DNA from: Myxococcota bacterium
Lineage (GTDB): Bacteria > Myxococcota_A > UBA9160 > UBA4427
Direction: 5' to 3'
DNA length: 64,000 nt
Assembly: GCA_965250285.1 (NCBI GenBank)
Contig: OZ252299.1
Location: forward strand, 4,032,001 to 4,096,000
Below are positions 1-8,980 of this stretch, one piece after another. How positions within the stretch are numbered: position 1 is the stretch's first letter; each line of letters begins with the position of its first letter. Under the pieces are notes generated by a model. That model was not told where the DNA came from, searched no databases, and saw nothing but the letters and a program-made list of their open reading frames with translations. The position numbers and the translations under genes were made by a program.

Positions 1-446
1 TCTTCGTGCCGGGTCGAACCCGGGCCGACGAAGGGATCGGTCAGCTCCAGCTTGTGCGTGCGATACAGGGCCTGGGTGGGACGCAGAGTCGCCATCGAGG
101 CCAGCATCGTGCCGAACGCGACGGGAAAGTGCGGTTCGCCGCCGTCGGCGTAGGCCTGCTCGACCTGCGGGCGCATCGCCTCGACCGCCAGCGTGATGGT
201 CGCTCGAAAGCGCTCGGGATCCTTCACCACTCGGGCGATGTCCGAATACTTCGTGAGCACATACCCGTCGGTGCCCGGCGTCAGCCCCTCGCCCTCGAGC
301 TTCTGCACCGGCGCCTGCTCGTGCAGGATCGGATACGCGTCGTACCAGTGTTCCTGGCTGCCGGCACCGAACAGATCCACGTCATCGAGGTGGACGGGGC
401 ACTTCATCGGGCCAGCGGCGTGCTTCGGTGTCTTGGTCGACTTCAT
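1..446 (-). CDS. Cytochrome P450, N-terminal part (runs off the window start)
   Basis: Not in ORF track (no stop in window). Manual translation from ATG at 446: MKSTKTPKHAAGPMKCPVHLDDVDLFG...WYDAYPILHEQAPV...GYVLTKYSDIARVVKDPERF, the typical bacterial P450 N-terminal pattern (Y..L...APV; vlt+y.d...vl.dp..F). Heme motif lies outside the window. Confidence 0.7.
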   Translation of the reverse strand, partial: MKSTKTPKHAAGPMKCPVHLDDVDLFGAGSQEHWYDAYPILHEQAPVQKLEGEGLTPGTDGYVLTKYSDIARVVKDPERFRATITLAVEAMRPQVEQAYADGGEPHFPVAFGTMLASMATLRPTQALYRTHKLELTDPFVGPGSTRHE

Positions 447-551
447 GCTTGGATCGCCTCGTTCCCCCGGTGCAGAGGGTGCGCAGGCCGGCGGCGCCCT
501 GCAATGCGCCGATCGCGGACGATCGGTGTCCGATCCACCGGGGGCGCGCCC

Positions 552-1040
552 TCAGCCGATCGCGTAGACGCGGTAGCCGAGGCCACGGGGCGCGAAGCGC
601 CCCACGCCGACGCACACCACGTCGTTCAACCACAGGTAGCGTTCATCGCCGGTGCGGAAGATCGGCGTCGTTCGCAGGTAGTAGTCGGCCGGATCGCAGG
701 CCGCGATGTCGATCGGCCCCTCGAAGGCCGCCTCGGGCAACAGAACGAGCCCCTCGTAGCGGACGTAGATCTTGGCGCCGTCGTGGGTCTCCCAGACGGC
801 GCGGGCATCGATCTTCATCGAGTGGCGACCATCGTTCGAGATCGCCGGCCAGTCGCCGCCGCCCGGCAGCACGCGGCCCCGCATGCGCGGCCCCTCGAAC
901 TCGCCCTGCTCGATGTAGTCGATCATTGTGGCGCCGAAGGGCGAGTCGATGCGACCGGGACCGTCACTGCGCGCCGTCACGCGCACGTCGCAGATCGCCT
1001 CGCCGCGCAGCTCGAGGGGTTCGAAGAAGGCTCGGTCCAT
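552..1040 (-). CDS. DUF3237 family protein
   Basis: Motifs GEFEGPRMRGRVLPGGGDW, IDARAVWETHDGAKIYVRYEG, YYLRTTPIFRTGDERYLWLN; start set at MDRAFF (ATG 1040) after GGAG. Confidence 0.85.
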   Translation of the reverse strand: MDRAFFEPLELRGEAICDVRVTARSDGPGRIDSPFGATMIDYIEQGEFEGPRMRGRVLPGGGDWPAISNDGRHSMKIDARAVWETHDGAKIYVRYEGLVLLPEAAFEGPIDIAACDPADYYLRTTPIFRTGDERYLWLNDVVCVGVGRFAPRGLGYRVYAIG

Positions 1041-1119
1041 CGCACGGCTCCGTTCGACGTCGGCCCACATGGGCGCGGGTACACGTGCAGGGTAACTTGC
1101 CGGGACCGAGGAGGGTGGC

Positions 1120-1494
1120 ATGTCGGACGTCGCCGAGCAGAACAAGCAGCGCGTGCGCGAGATCATCGACCGGATCGTGAACCAAGGCGATGTCGATCTG
1201 GCGGACGCGTACTACCGCGAAGACTACATCCAGCACAATCCACTCGTCGCTCAGGGCCGCGCCGGCCTCAAGACGCTGCTGCGCCAGATGCATGCTTCCG
1301 GCAAACCGCGTCAGGCCGAGATCGTGCTGATCAACGCCGAGGACGACATGGTGTGGGCGCTGCTTCGCTGGTCGGGCGGCGACGTGGCCCCGGGCACGCC
1401 GGCCCTGCAGGTCTCGACCGAGGTGTTTCGCGTCGAAGACGGCATGATGGCCGAACACTGGGATTGCATTCAGGTCGGCCCCGAGCCCGGCTGA
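1120..1494 (+). CDS. SnoaL-like / NTF2 family protein
   Basis: EQNKQRVRE, YYREDYIQHNP, VFRVEDGMMAEHWD; SD GAGGAGG. Confidence 0.85.
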   Translation: MSDVAEQNKQRVREIIDRIVNQGDVDLADAYYREDYIQHNPLVAQGRAGLKTLLRQMHASGKPRQAEIVLINAEDDMVWALLRWSGGDVAPGTPALQVSTEVFRVEDGMMAEHWDCIQVGPEPG

Positions 1495-1525
1495 CGGACC
1501 AGACCCACCCATCGAGGAAACGAAC

Positions 1526-1930
1526 ATGGCCACGTTGCTCGTCCACATCCGTGTCAAGCCAGGCGCCGAGCGCGACTTCGAGGACATCGCGCGCGTGCTC
1601 TACCGCGAGACCCACGCCCACGACACCGGCTGCCTTCGATACGAGTACTGGCGCGGATCCGAGCCCCGGCTCTACTACTCGCTGCTGTCGTTCGACGACT
1701 ACCACGCGTTCATGCGGCACCAGACGAGCGATCACCACGAAGAGGAGTCGCCGCGCATCGGCGAGCTCTGCGAAGACCTGAAGCTCGAGTGGGTCGACCC
1801 GGTGCCCGGCGCCTGCGAAGCCTCTCCCACCGAGATGCAGCCCCTGCCCGACGGTGCCGACGAGAAGACCGAGCTCTATCACCGCATCTTCGCGGCCGTC
1901 GTGCAGGAATGGTGGCCGCGCCCGGCCTGA
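1526..1930 (+). CDS. Antibiotic biosynthesis monooxygenase (ABM) family protein
   Basis: VHIRVKPGAERDFE, GCLRYEYWR, HQTSDHH; SD GAGG. Confidence 0.75.
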   Translation: MATLLVHIRVKPGAERDFEDIARVLYRETHAHDTGCLRYEYWRGSEPRLYYSLLSFDDYHAFMRHQTSDHHEEESPRIGELCEDLKLEWVDPVPGACEASPTEMQPLPDGADEKTELYHRIFAAVVQEWWPRPA

Positions 1931-2055
1931 GACGTTTCGACCCGCCGCCGGATCGCTTTCGGTAGACTCATTGCCAACGACCGTGCGCCGGTCGCGCGCC
2001 CACTCGAGGCGCGGGCCATGCCGATCCCCATGCCAGACAACCGGAGAGCCTCCCC

Positions 2056-2520
2056 ATGCCCGGATCGACCCTTCGCCTTGCACTGCTCTGCGTCGTCGCG
2101 CTCGCGTCGGCGCTCTGCCTCGCCTCGATCGCGTCGAGTCAAGACATCACGATGGGCAACGGCGAGAAGAGTGCGATCGACGTAGAGGGCATTGAGCGCG
2201 AAGGCCGCGTGCTCGAGTTCGACGAGGTGACCCTCGAGAAGCCGGGGTGGCTCGTGCTGCATCCGTTCAAGGACGGCAAGCCGAACGGGAAGATCTACGT
2301 CGGCGCAACGTATCTGCCGGCCGGCACCCACGAAGACGTCGAGGTCACGGTACAGACCGCCCCCGAGCCCGAGACCGGCACGATGTACGTGATCATGCTC
2401 CACGAGGACGTGAACGACGATCAGACCTTCGACTTCGTCTTCGTCGACGAGAACAACGTGGCAGACAAGGCGGTCTTCGAGGGGACGACGATGATCGCCC
2501 ACATCATCGCAGCGCCCTGA
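2056..2520 (+). CDS. Secreted protein with DUF7282-like domain
   Basis: Signal peptide; GWLVLH...GATYLPAGTHEDVEV...MLHEDVNDDQTFDF matches my recollection of DUF7282. Confidence 0.6.
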   Translation: MPGSTLRLALLCVVALASALCLASIASSQDITMGNGEKSAIDVEGIEREGRVLEFDEVTLEKPGWLVLHPFKDGKPNGKIYVGATYLPAGTHEDVEVTVQTAPEPETGTMYVIMLHEDVNDDQTFDFVFVDENNVADKAVFEGTTMIAHIIAAP

Positions 2521-2533
2521 GACGATCGCGCGA

Positions 2534-3670
2534 TCAGATCGGCTGACGCGCCATCTTGCGCAGGGCGCCGAGCTTCGCCGAGTCGGGGACGAGACGCAGC
2601 ACGGCGTCGCGGGCTCGGCACGTCCACCGACCCTCGAGCTGCCCGACCTGCCCCAGTCGACGCGACTGATTCTGCACCCAGCGGACACGCGAGATGCGGC
2701 GGTCGTAGAGCCGAGGCAGCAGCGCGTCGACCGAGAGCCGCTCCTGCAATAGATCGGCGAGGACCCAGGCGTCTTCGAGCGCCATCGCGGCGCCCTGGCC
2801 GATGTTGGGCGTCATGGCGTGCGCGGCGTCCCCGAGCAGGAGCACCCGGCCAGCGAACCACGGCCCGTCGACCCGCTCTTCGAGGTCGTTGTGAATCAGC
2901 TCCTCGGGCTTGCGCAGCGCGTCGAGCACGGCCGGGATCTGCCCACCGAACTCGGCAAACGTCGCTCGAAAACGCTCGATGCGACCCTCGGGCGGGTCGG
3001 GCCGGCCGCGCGGCGCGTTCGCGGTGGCGAAGCAGTAGCTGCGGCCGCCGCTGATCGGCACGACGCCGAAGCGCTTGCCTCGACCCCACATCTCGCGCAG
3101 CGCGACCTCGTCAGATTCGAGGTCGACGACACACCGCCAGCACGTGTAGCCGGAATACGAGAGCGCCTCGGGCCCGAAGAGCAGCTCGCGTACTCGTGAT
3201 CGCACGCCGTCGGCGCCAATGACGAGCCCGAAACGCTCCTCTCGGCCGTCGGTGAGCCGAACGTCCACCGCATCGCCGCGCTGCTCGATCTCGTCGACGC
3301 TCGTGCCGAGCGAGATCGGCACGCCCTTCGCCGCCTCGAGCAGCACGTCGTGCAGCTCGGCGCGATGCAACGCAATGGTCGGGCCGAACTCGGGCTCGAG
3401 GAGCGCGAAGTCGGTGCTGCCGATCGGCCGGTCGAGGTGGTCGGTGATCGCACCGCGGCCGAGCGCCGTGCCGACTTCGACAATGCGGTCTGCGAGGCCG
3501 AGCTCACGCATCACGCGCATGGCGTTCACACCGAGCACGATGCCGGCCCCGATGGGTGCCCAGGCCTCGGTGCGTTCAACGACTTCGCAGGGGACGCCCG
3601 CGCGCGCGAGGCCCACGGCCGTCGCCAGGCCGCCGATCCCGCCCCCGACGATGAGTGTGCGCTCGGTCAT
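2534..3670 (-). CDS. FAD-dependent monooxygenase (salicylate hydroxylase/UbiH-like)
   Basis: IVGGGIGG Rossmann motif, IGADGVRSRVR, LLGDAAHAMTPNIGQGAAMALED; true start MTERTL overlaps the TetR stop (ATGA). Confidence 0.92.
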   Translation of the reverse strand: MTERTLIVGGGIGGLATAVGLARAGVPCEVVERTEAWAPIGAGIVLGVNAMRVMRELGLADRIVEVGTALGRGAITDHLDRPIGSTDFALLEPEFGPTIALHRAELHDVLLEAAKGVPISLGTSVDEIEQRGDAVDVRLTDGREERFGLVIGADGVRSRVRELLFGPEALSYSGYTCWRCVVDLESDEVALREMWGRGKRFGVVPISGGRSYCFATANAPRGRPDPPEGRIERFRATFAEFGGQIPAVLDALRKPEELIHNDLEERVDGPWFAGRVLLLGDAAHAMTPNIGQGAAMALEDAWVLADLLQERLSVDALLPRLYDRRISRVRWVQNQSRRLGQVGQLEGRWTCRARDAVLRLVPDSAKLGALRKMARQPI

Positions 3671-4365
3671 TGTGACTCTCCCCTTCTTCTCTTTCGTCTC
3701 ACTCGTTTCTTCGCGGGTTCGGTCACCGCGATCCCCTGGAGCTGGAGCTCCAGCGAACGGCGCAGACCGCGTTCGGCGGCCGTTTGCCCGACGGCGCCGG
3801 TGCCCAGCCAGAGCTGAACCCAGAGCACGTAGTGCGCGCCGAGCGCTTGCGTGAGCTCGGCGACCGAGCAGTCGCCCCGCAGCTCGCCGCCTGCCACGCC
3901 GTCTTCGACGATCCGACGCACGCGACCGAAGAACTCGGCCGACTGCCGCTTCATGCCGTCGGTCTGATCGGGTCGGTAGAGCAGATCCTGCACGAAGACG
4001 CTGGCGAGCGGTCGATCGCGGCCGTACATGCGAAGCAACGCCCCGAACAGCGTCATCGCACCTTCGAGCACGCTCTCGCCGGGGCGCAGGCCCGTCGGCA
4101 CGCGCGCGAAGACGCGGGTCGCGAGGGGCTCGAAGATCAGGAAGAGCAGCTCGCGCTTGTCCTTCACATACAGAAAGAGCGTGCCCGTCGCGATCCCGGC
4201 GTGCTCGCAGATCTGGCGCCCCGTCGTCGCTTCGAAGCCCTGCTCGCGAAAGAGCTCGGTCGCCGCCGCAATGATGCGCGCGAGCTTCTCGCGCTTGTTC
4301 TGCTCGCGGCGCCCTTCCCCGGCGCGTGAGGCGGCGGGGGTCGGCCTTGCAGCTGTCGGGGAAAT
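3667..4365 (-). CDS. TetR/AcrR family transcriptional regulator (start uncertain)
   Basis: RREQNKREKLARIIAAATELFREQGFEATTGRQICEHAGIATGTLFLYVKDKRELL HTH; start placed at ATT 4365 behind GGAGG (alternative GTG 4407). Confidence 0.85.
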   Translation of the reverse strand: MSPTAARPTPAASRAGEGRREQNKREKLARIIAAATELFREQGFEATTGRQICEHAGIATGTLFLYVKDKRELLFLIFEPLATRVFARVPTGLRPGESVLEGAMTLFGALLRMYGRDRPLASVFVQDLLYRPDQTDGMKRQSAEFFGRVRRIVEDGVAGGELRGDCSVAELTQALGAHYVLWVQLWLGTGAVGQTAAERGLRRSLELQLQGIAVTEPAKKRVRRKRRRGESQ

Positions 4366-4380
4366 CGGCGGGCCTCCATA

Positions 4381-4402
4381 AAAAATGATCGTGATCAGTT
4401 TT
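4381..4402. promoter_or_regulatory. Probable TetR operator palindrome
   Basis: AAAAATGATC-GT-GATCAGTTTT, 9/10 dyad, AT-rich, just upstream of the tetR gene. Confidence 0.6.
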
Positions 4403-4881
4403 AGCACAGCCGTGCCGGCGCGCACACGCGGGGCGCGCCGAAGGCACGCGAGCGCCGCTCCCCCGACGCGCGCGCCGACTCGACGGCAATGACGCATTGC
4501 ACCGCAAACGACGGGCGATGGAGGCATTGCGCATGTCAACGAATCGCGTTCGTATTCGAATGTGCGATCCCGCCTCGGCGTTGAGGTCGATCAGAGACGA
4601 GAGTGGGGGTTTTCACCGAGCGATGACGAAGAGAGTGTCACCCGACGCACGCGCTTCGCGAAACGTTGTAGTGACACCCCTTCACTCCACCGTTCATCCT
4701 GATCGATGCATACGCGACAGTACGCCGCTCCGCGCAAGTCCAATGAAACTCCATTGTGTCACCTCTTGCCGTGCGCGCGCTTCCGACGTAATCGTTCGAA
4801 CGGGGAAAGTCTTGTTGTTTCGAGGCCATGGCCGGTCGACAGCGCTTTCGGTCACCGCGCACGTGGTGTGGGGGAGGCACG

Positions 4882-7818
4882 ATGGTCACTCGCGTCGTCT
4901 GCGGCTCACGCTCGGTTCACTCCAACATCATTCGCACATGCTTCACGGTGCTGTGCCTGTTGGCCCTCGCGATCCCCATCGGCGACGCGATGGCGCAAGA
5001 CCCCGAAGATGTCCCGGTCGAGATCGACGAGGTCACGGCCGAAGAGATCCCCGAGGTCGACGAGTTCGATGAGATCGACGAGGTCGTCGACATCGATGAC
5101 GACCCGACCGCCGACGACATCCCCGCCGCCGATCAAGCCAACATCGGCGGAGAAGAGCCGAGCGGCCGGGGCATCGAAACCATCACCGTGACCGCGCGCA
5201 AGCGCGAAGACGACCTTCAGGACGTCCCGATCCCGATGACCGCCTTCTCGGGCCAGACCCTCGACGTCAACCGCATCGAAGACACGCTCGATCTCCAGTT
5301 CAACGTGCCGAACCTTCTCTTCAGCCGGACGAACTTCACGGGCTCGAACCTGCAGATTCGCGGCATCGGCAATCAGGTCGTCGCCGCGAGCGGAGAACCT
5401 GCGATCGGTATCCACGTCAATGAAGTCCCGCTGACCGCTTCTCGGCTCTTCGAGCAGGAGTTCTTCGACATCGAGCGCATCGAGGTGCTGCGCGGTCCCC
5501 AGGGCACGCTCTTCGGACGCAATGCGACGGGTGGCGCGTTCAATATCTACACGCGCAAGCCCACTGATGAGTACGAGGCCACTGGCGAGGTCTCGGCCGG
5601 CAACTACAAGTCGGCCCGCGTGAAGGGTGCGGTGAACATTCCGCTCACCGACAGCCTGCGCACGCGCGTCGCCGGCATGTACCTGCGACGCGACGGGTTC
5701 ATCGAGAATCTCAATACCGGCAACGACATCGACGACCGAAGCCTCTACGGCGTGCGCGGCAGCATCATCTGGGAGCTGACCGACAACTTCTCGATGGACG
5801 GCATGGTCTCGTGGTTCAAAGAGAACGACAAGCGCTCTCGGATCGGCAAGCAGCTGTGTACGAAGGACGACCGCCCAGGCGTCTACAGCCTCGGCTGCAC
5901 GGACGCGCCACCGACGACCGAGAGCGTCGCGAGCTATGCGACGCTCGGCGGCATCCTCGAGCAGCACACGATTCCGCTGCTCGGCCCGTTCTTCGGTCCC
6001 CCCTTCGACACGCTGCAGCCGCTCTACACCCCCGGCTACGACCTGCCAGCGATTGGCGTCGTCTCGGACCCCTTCGATGCCGAAGGCTTCAACCCGCCCG
6101 ACCTGCGACAGCACTTCTCGCGGATCGACCCCAGCTACGAGGCGGACGAGCTCTTTGCGAATCTCGCCTTCAACTTCGATCAGGACTACGGCTCATTCAA
6201 GGCCCTCTTCGGGTACCAGAAGACCTCGATTCACACCGTGCAGGACTACAACATGGGGTCGCCGACGATCCCGTACAACAATGCCGCCGGCCTCGCCGCG
6301 GCCATCGCGCTCGCCGGCATGACGAACTGCACGTCGGCCTCGGGCAACCCCGGCTTCACCGACGATCGCTTCGGCTGGGACTTCGGCTGCGCCGACCGCA
6401 GCTTCGCTCAGGACAACTCGGATGCGGAGGCGGTGCAGGTGAGCGCCGAAGGCCGCTTCACGTCGGACTTCGACGGCCCGTTCAACTTCACGGCCGGCAT
6501 GATCTACACCTACTTCAGCGTCAGCACCGACTACCGCGTCTTCTTCTCGGGCGCCGAGCTGGCGTCGCGCATCTGGTCGCTGATCGATACGTCATACGAC
6601 GTCGAGAACCTGCGGCACTTCAACAACGAGTCCGATCCGGCCCGCACGAAGTCGTTCGGCCTCTTCGCCGAGGGCGAGTACGAGTTTGGCGAGAGCTGGA
6701 CCTTCACCGGCGGCCTCCGGTACACCAACGACCAGAAGGAACAGCGCTCCCGCAACTACCTGCTGAACGGGTTCCTCACCGGCAGCACGAGCTCGCTGCC
6801 TCAGTTCGAGAAGCAGGAGGCGTCGTGGAACGAGGTCACGGGCCGCGCGATCATCCAGAAGGATCTCGACCTCGACTTCGCCGATCAAGCCAACGTCTTC
6901 CTATCATACTCACGCGGCTACAAGCCCGGCGGCTTCAATCCGCCGGCCGCGGCGGATTTCCCCGGCACGAGCGAGACGTTCGACCCCGAGTACATCAACG
7001 CCTACGAGCTGGGCACCAAGGCGCGGTGGCTCGAGAACACGCTGCAAACCAACGCGAGCGTGTTCTTCTATGACTACAGGGGCTATCAGATCTCGAAGAT
7101 CGTGAACCGCACGTCGGTGAACGAGAACGTCGATGCGTTTGTCTGGGGCGCCGAGCTCGAGCTCGTCTATGAGGTCATCGAGAACTTCTTCTTCACGACG
7201 AACTTCGCCTACCTCGGCACCAAGATTCGCGATGCCGAGTCGCTCGATCCGGCCGATCCGGTCGGGGGCGAGCCGGGTTGGGCTGCGATCAAGCGGCTTG
7301 ACAACGCATCGAACATCGTGTGTGTATCTGCGGATGGCATCAACTGCGACATTCCTCCGCCCGCAGAGGGCTCAGCCGAGCCCTTTTTCCCGGCCACATA
7401 CGAGGACGCAGATGGCAATCTGAACCCAGGCTACGCAGAAGGCTTTGCCAAAGACCTGAACGGCAATGAGCTGCCGAACGCGCCCAAATTCAACATCAAC
7501 ATCGGCGCGAGCTACACGTTCAAGCTGATCGTCCCCGGCGAGTTCACACCGCGCATCAGCTACTACTGGCAGAGCGAGATGTACGGCCGGCTCTTCAATA
7601 GCGAGCGCGACAAGATCGGAGCATGGTCACAGGCGAACGCCGGGCTTCGCTGGAACGACGACGAGAACCGCGTCTGGGTCGATTTCTGGATCCAGAACTT
7701 CACGAACAACAACGACATCACGACGCAGTACTTCACCGACGCGAGCTCGGGCAACTTCACGAACGTGTTCCTGCTCGACCCGCTGACGGTCGGCGGCACG
7801 GTCGGCTTCAGCTTCTAG
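4882..7818 (+). CDS. TonB-dependent receptor
   Basis: Signal peptide, TonB box ETITVTARKRE, plug IRGIG and IERIEVLRGPQGTLFGRNATGGA, YSRGYKPGGFN, C-terminal Phe; SD GGAGG before ATG 4882. Confidence 0.95.
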   Translation: MVTRVVCGSRSVHSNIIRTCFTVLCLLALAIPIGDAMAQDPEDVPVEIDEVTAEEIPEVDEFDEIDEVVDIDDDPTADDIPAADQANIGGEEPSGRGIETITVTARKREDDLQDVPIPMTAFSGQTLDVNRIEDTLDLQFNVPNLLFSRTNFTGSNLQIRGIGNQVVAASGEPAIGIHVNEVPLTASRLFEQEFFDIERIEVLRGPQGTLFGRNATGGAFNIYTRKPTDEYEATGEVSAGNYKSARVKGAVNIPLTDSLRTRVAGMYLRRDGFIENLNTGNDIDDRSLYGVRGSIIWELTDNFSMDGMVSWFKENDKRSRIGKQLCTKDDRPGVYSLGCTDAPPTTESVASYATLGGILEQHTIPLLGPFFGPPFDTLQPLYTPGYDLPAIGVVSDPFDAEGFNPPDLRQHFSRIDPSYEADELFANLAFNFDQDYGSFKALFGYQKTSIHTVQDYNMGSPTIPYNNAAGLAAAIALAGMTNCTSASGNPGFTDDRFGWDFGCADRSFAQDNSDAEAVQVSAEGRFTSDFDGPFNFTAGMIYTYFSVSTDYRVFFSGAELASRIWSLIDTSYDVENLRHFNNESDPARTKSFGLFAEGEYEFGESWTFTGGLRYTNDQKEQRSRNYLLNGFLTGSTSSLPQFEKQEASWNEVTGRAIIQKDLDLDFADQANVFLSYSRGYKPGGFNPPAAADFPGTSETFDPEYINAYELGTKARWLENTLQTNASVFFYDYRGYQISKIVNRTSVNENVDAFVWGAELELVYEVIENFFFTTNFAYLGTKIRDAESLDPADPVGGEPGWAAIKRLDNASNIVCVSADGINCDIPPPAEGSAEPFFPATYEDADGNLNPGYAEGFAKDLNGNELPNAPKFNINIGASYTFKLIVPGEFTPRISYYWQSEMYGRLFNSERDKIGAWSQANAGLRWNDDENRVWVDFWIQNFTNNNDITTQYFTDASSGNFTNVFLLDPLTVGGTVGFSF

Positions 7819-7837
7819 TGGACTGAGCCAGGCCGGC

Positions 7838-8980
7838 CTAGAGGATCAAGGCGGCGAGCTTGCGCCGCTGGAAGAGCGCGTCACCGAATTGGCTCTCGCC
7901 CCAGATCGCGCGGCGGCGATACAGGCCGGCGTCGCACTCGTACGTGAAGCCGTAGCCACCGTGGAACTGGATCGCGCGGTCGCCCACGAACGCGAGCGCC
8001 GGGCCAGCGGCCGCCTTCGCCATGCGCACGGCGACCTCTCCTTCTTCGCCGCGCTCGAATGTGTGGGCCGCCGCGTAGACGTGCGACCGCGCCTGCTCGA
8101 TGCGCACGTGCGCATCGACCGTCGTGTGCTTGAGTGCCTGGTACGCGCCGATCGGGCGCCCGAACTGCTTGCGCGTCACCAGCCGCTCGACCGTCGTGTC
8201 GATGCAGCTCGCGCCGGCGCCGACCATGTCGGCGCTGGCGAGCAACGCGCCAGCGAGCTCGAGCCGCGCGAGGCCGGCGTCGATCCGCCCCGCATCGAGC
8301 AGCGCGCCCGCGGGCACGCGCACGCCATCGAGCTCGAGCGCGAACGAGCGCCGCGTCTCGTCGATGACAATCTCGCGCCGCATCGAGCAGGCCGCGAGCG
8401 CATCGGCATCGAGGAGCATCAGCGCCGCCCGCCCATCGAGCGTGACCGACACGATCGCGTACTGCGCCACGTGCGCATCGAGCACGAACGTCTTCGTGCC
8501 CGCGAGCGCGATCTCGCCCCCCTCGCGCTTCGCGGTGCATGCGCCGTGGGCGGCCTCCCAGTCGCCACCGGGCTCGCTCAGGGCGAGTGTGGCCGGCTCG
8601 CCCGAGACGAGCTTCGGCAACACGTCGCGCTGCTGCGCCTCGGTCCCGGCCGCGATCAGCAGCTGCGCGGCGAGGGTCGTCGAGACGAATGGACCGGCCA
8701 TCAGGCGGCGCCCCATCTGCTCGACGACTGGCACGGCCTCGGCGAGCTCGAGGCCGGCGCCGCCGAAGGCCTCCGGCACGGCGATCCCGAGCCAGCCGAG
8801 TTCGGCCACCTCGGCGAAGACCGACGGATCGTGGCCGACCTCGTCGTCGATGAGCTCGCGCACGCGCGACATCGGCGATTTGTCGTGGCAGTACTTCGAG
8901 GCCGACTCGAGCAGCTCGGCCTGCTCTTCGCTCAGGCCGATCCGGCCGGCCCGCTCACGCGCCGCGTCGAGATCACTCAT
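7838..8980 (-). CDS. Acyl-CoA dehydrogenase (short partner subunit type)
   Basis: ELGWLGIAVPEAFGGAG, RKQFGRPIGAYQALKH, IQFHGGYGFTYE. Confidence 0.92.
   Translation of the reverse strand: MSDLDAARERAGRIGLSEEQAELLESASKYCHDKSPMSRVRELIDDEVGHDPSVFAEVAELGWLGIAVPEAFGGAGLELAEAVPVVEQMGRRLMAGPFVSTTLAAQLLIAAGTEAQQRDVLPKLVSGEPATLALSEPGGDWEAAHGACTAKREGGEIALAGTKTFVLDAHVAQYAIVSVTLDGRAALMLLDADALAACSMRREIVIDETRRSFALELDGVRVPAGALLDAGRIDAGLARLELAGALLASADMVGAGASCIDTTVERLVTRKQFGRPIGAYQALKHTTVDAHVRIEQARSHVYAAAHTFERGEEGEVAVRMAKAAAGPALAFVGDRAIQFHGGYGFTYECDAGLYRRRAIWGESQFGDALFQRRKLAALIL

Noticed and set aside
6..1781. 591-aa plus-strand ORF
   Set aside because: Arg/Ala-rich shadow frame overlapping four genes with clear family motifs
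2534..4534. 666-aa ORF suggesting a long monooxygenase or TetR fusion
   Set aside because: Extension is an off-frame read of the tetR gene; the monooxygenase starts at 3670
4403..4881. Cobalamin or other riboswitch ahead of the TonB receptor
   Set aside because: No B12-box or other conserved riboswitch core recognised by eye; an Rfam scan would be decisive
7276..7488. Diversity-generating retroelement variable region
   Set aside because: No template repeat or reverse transcriptase seen in the window
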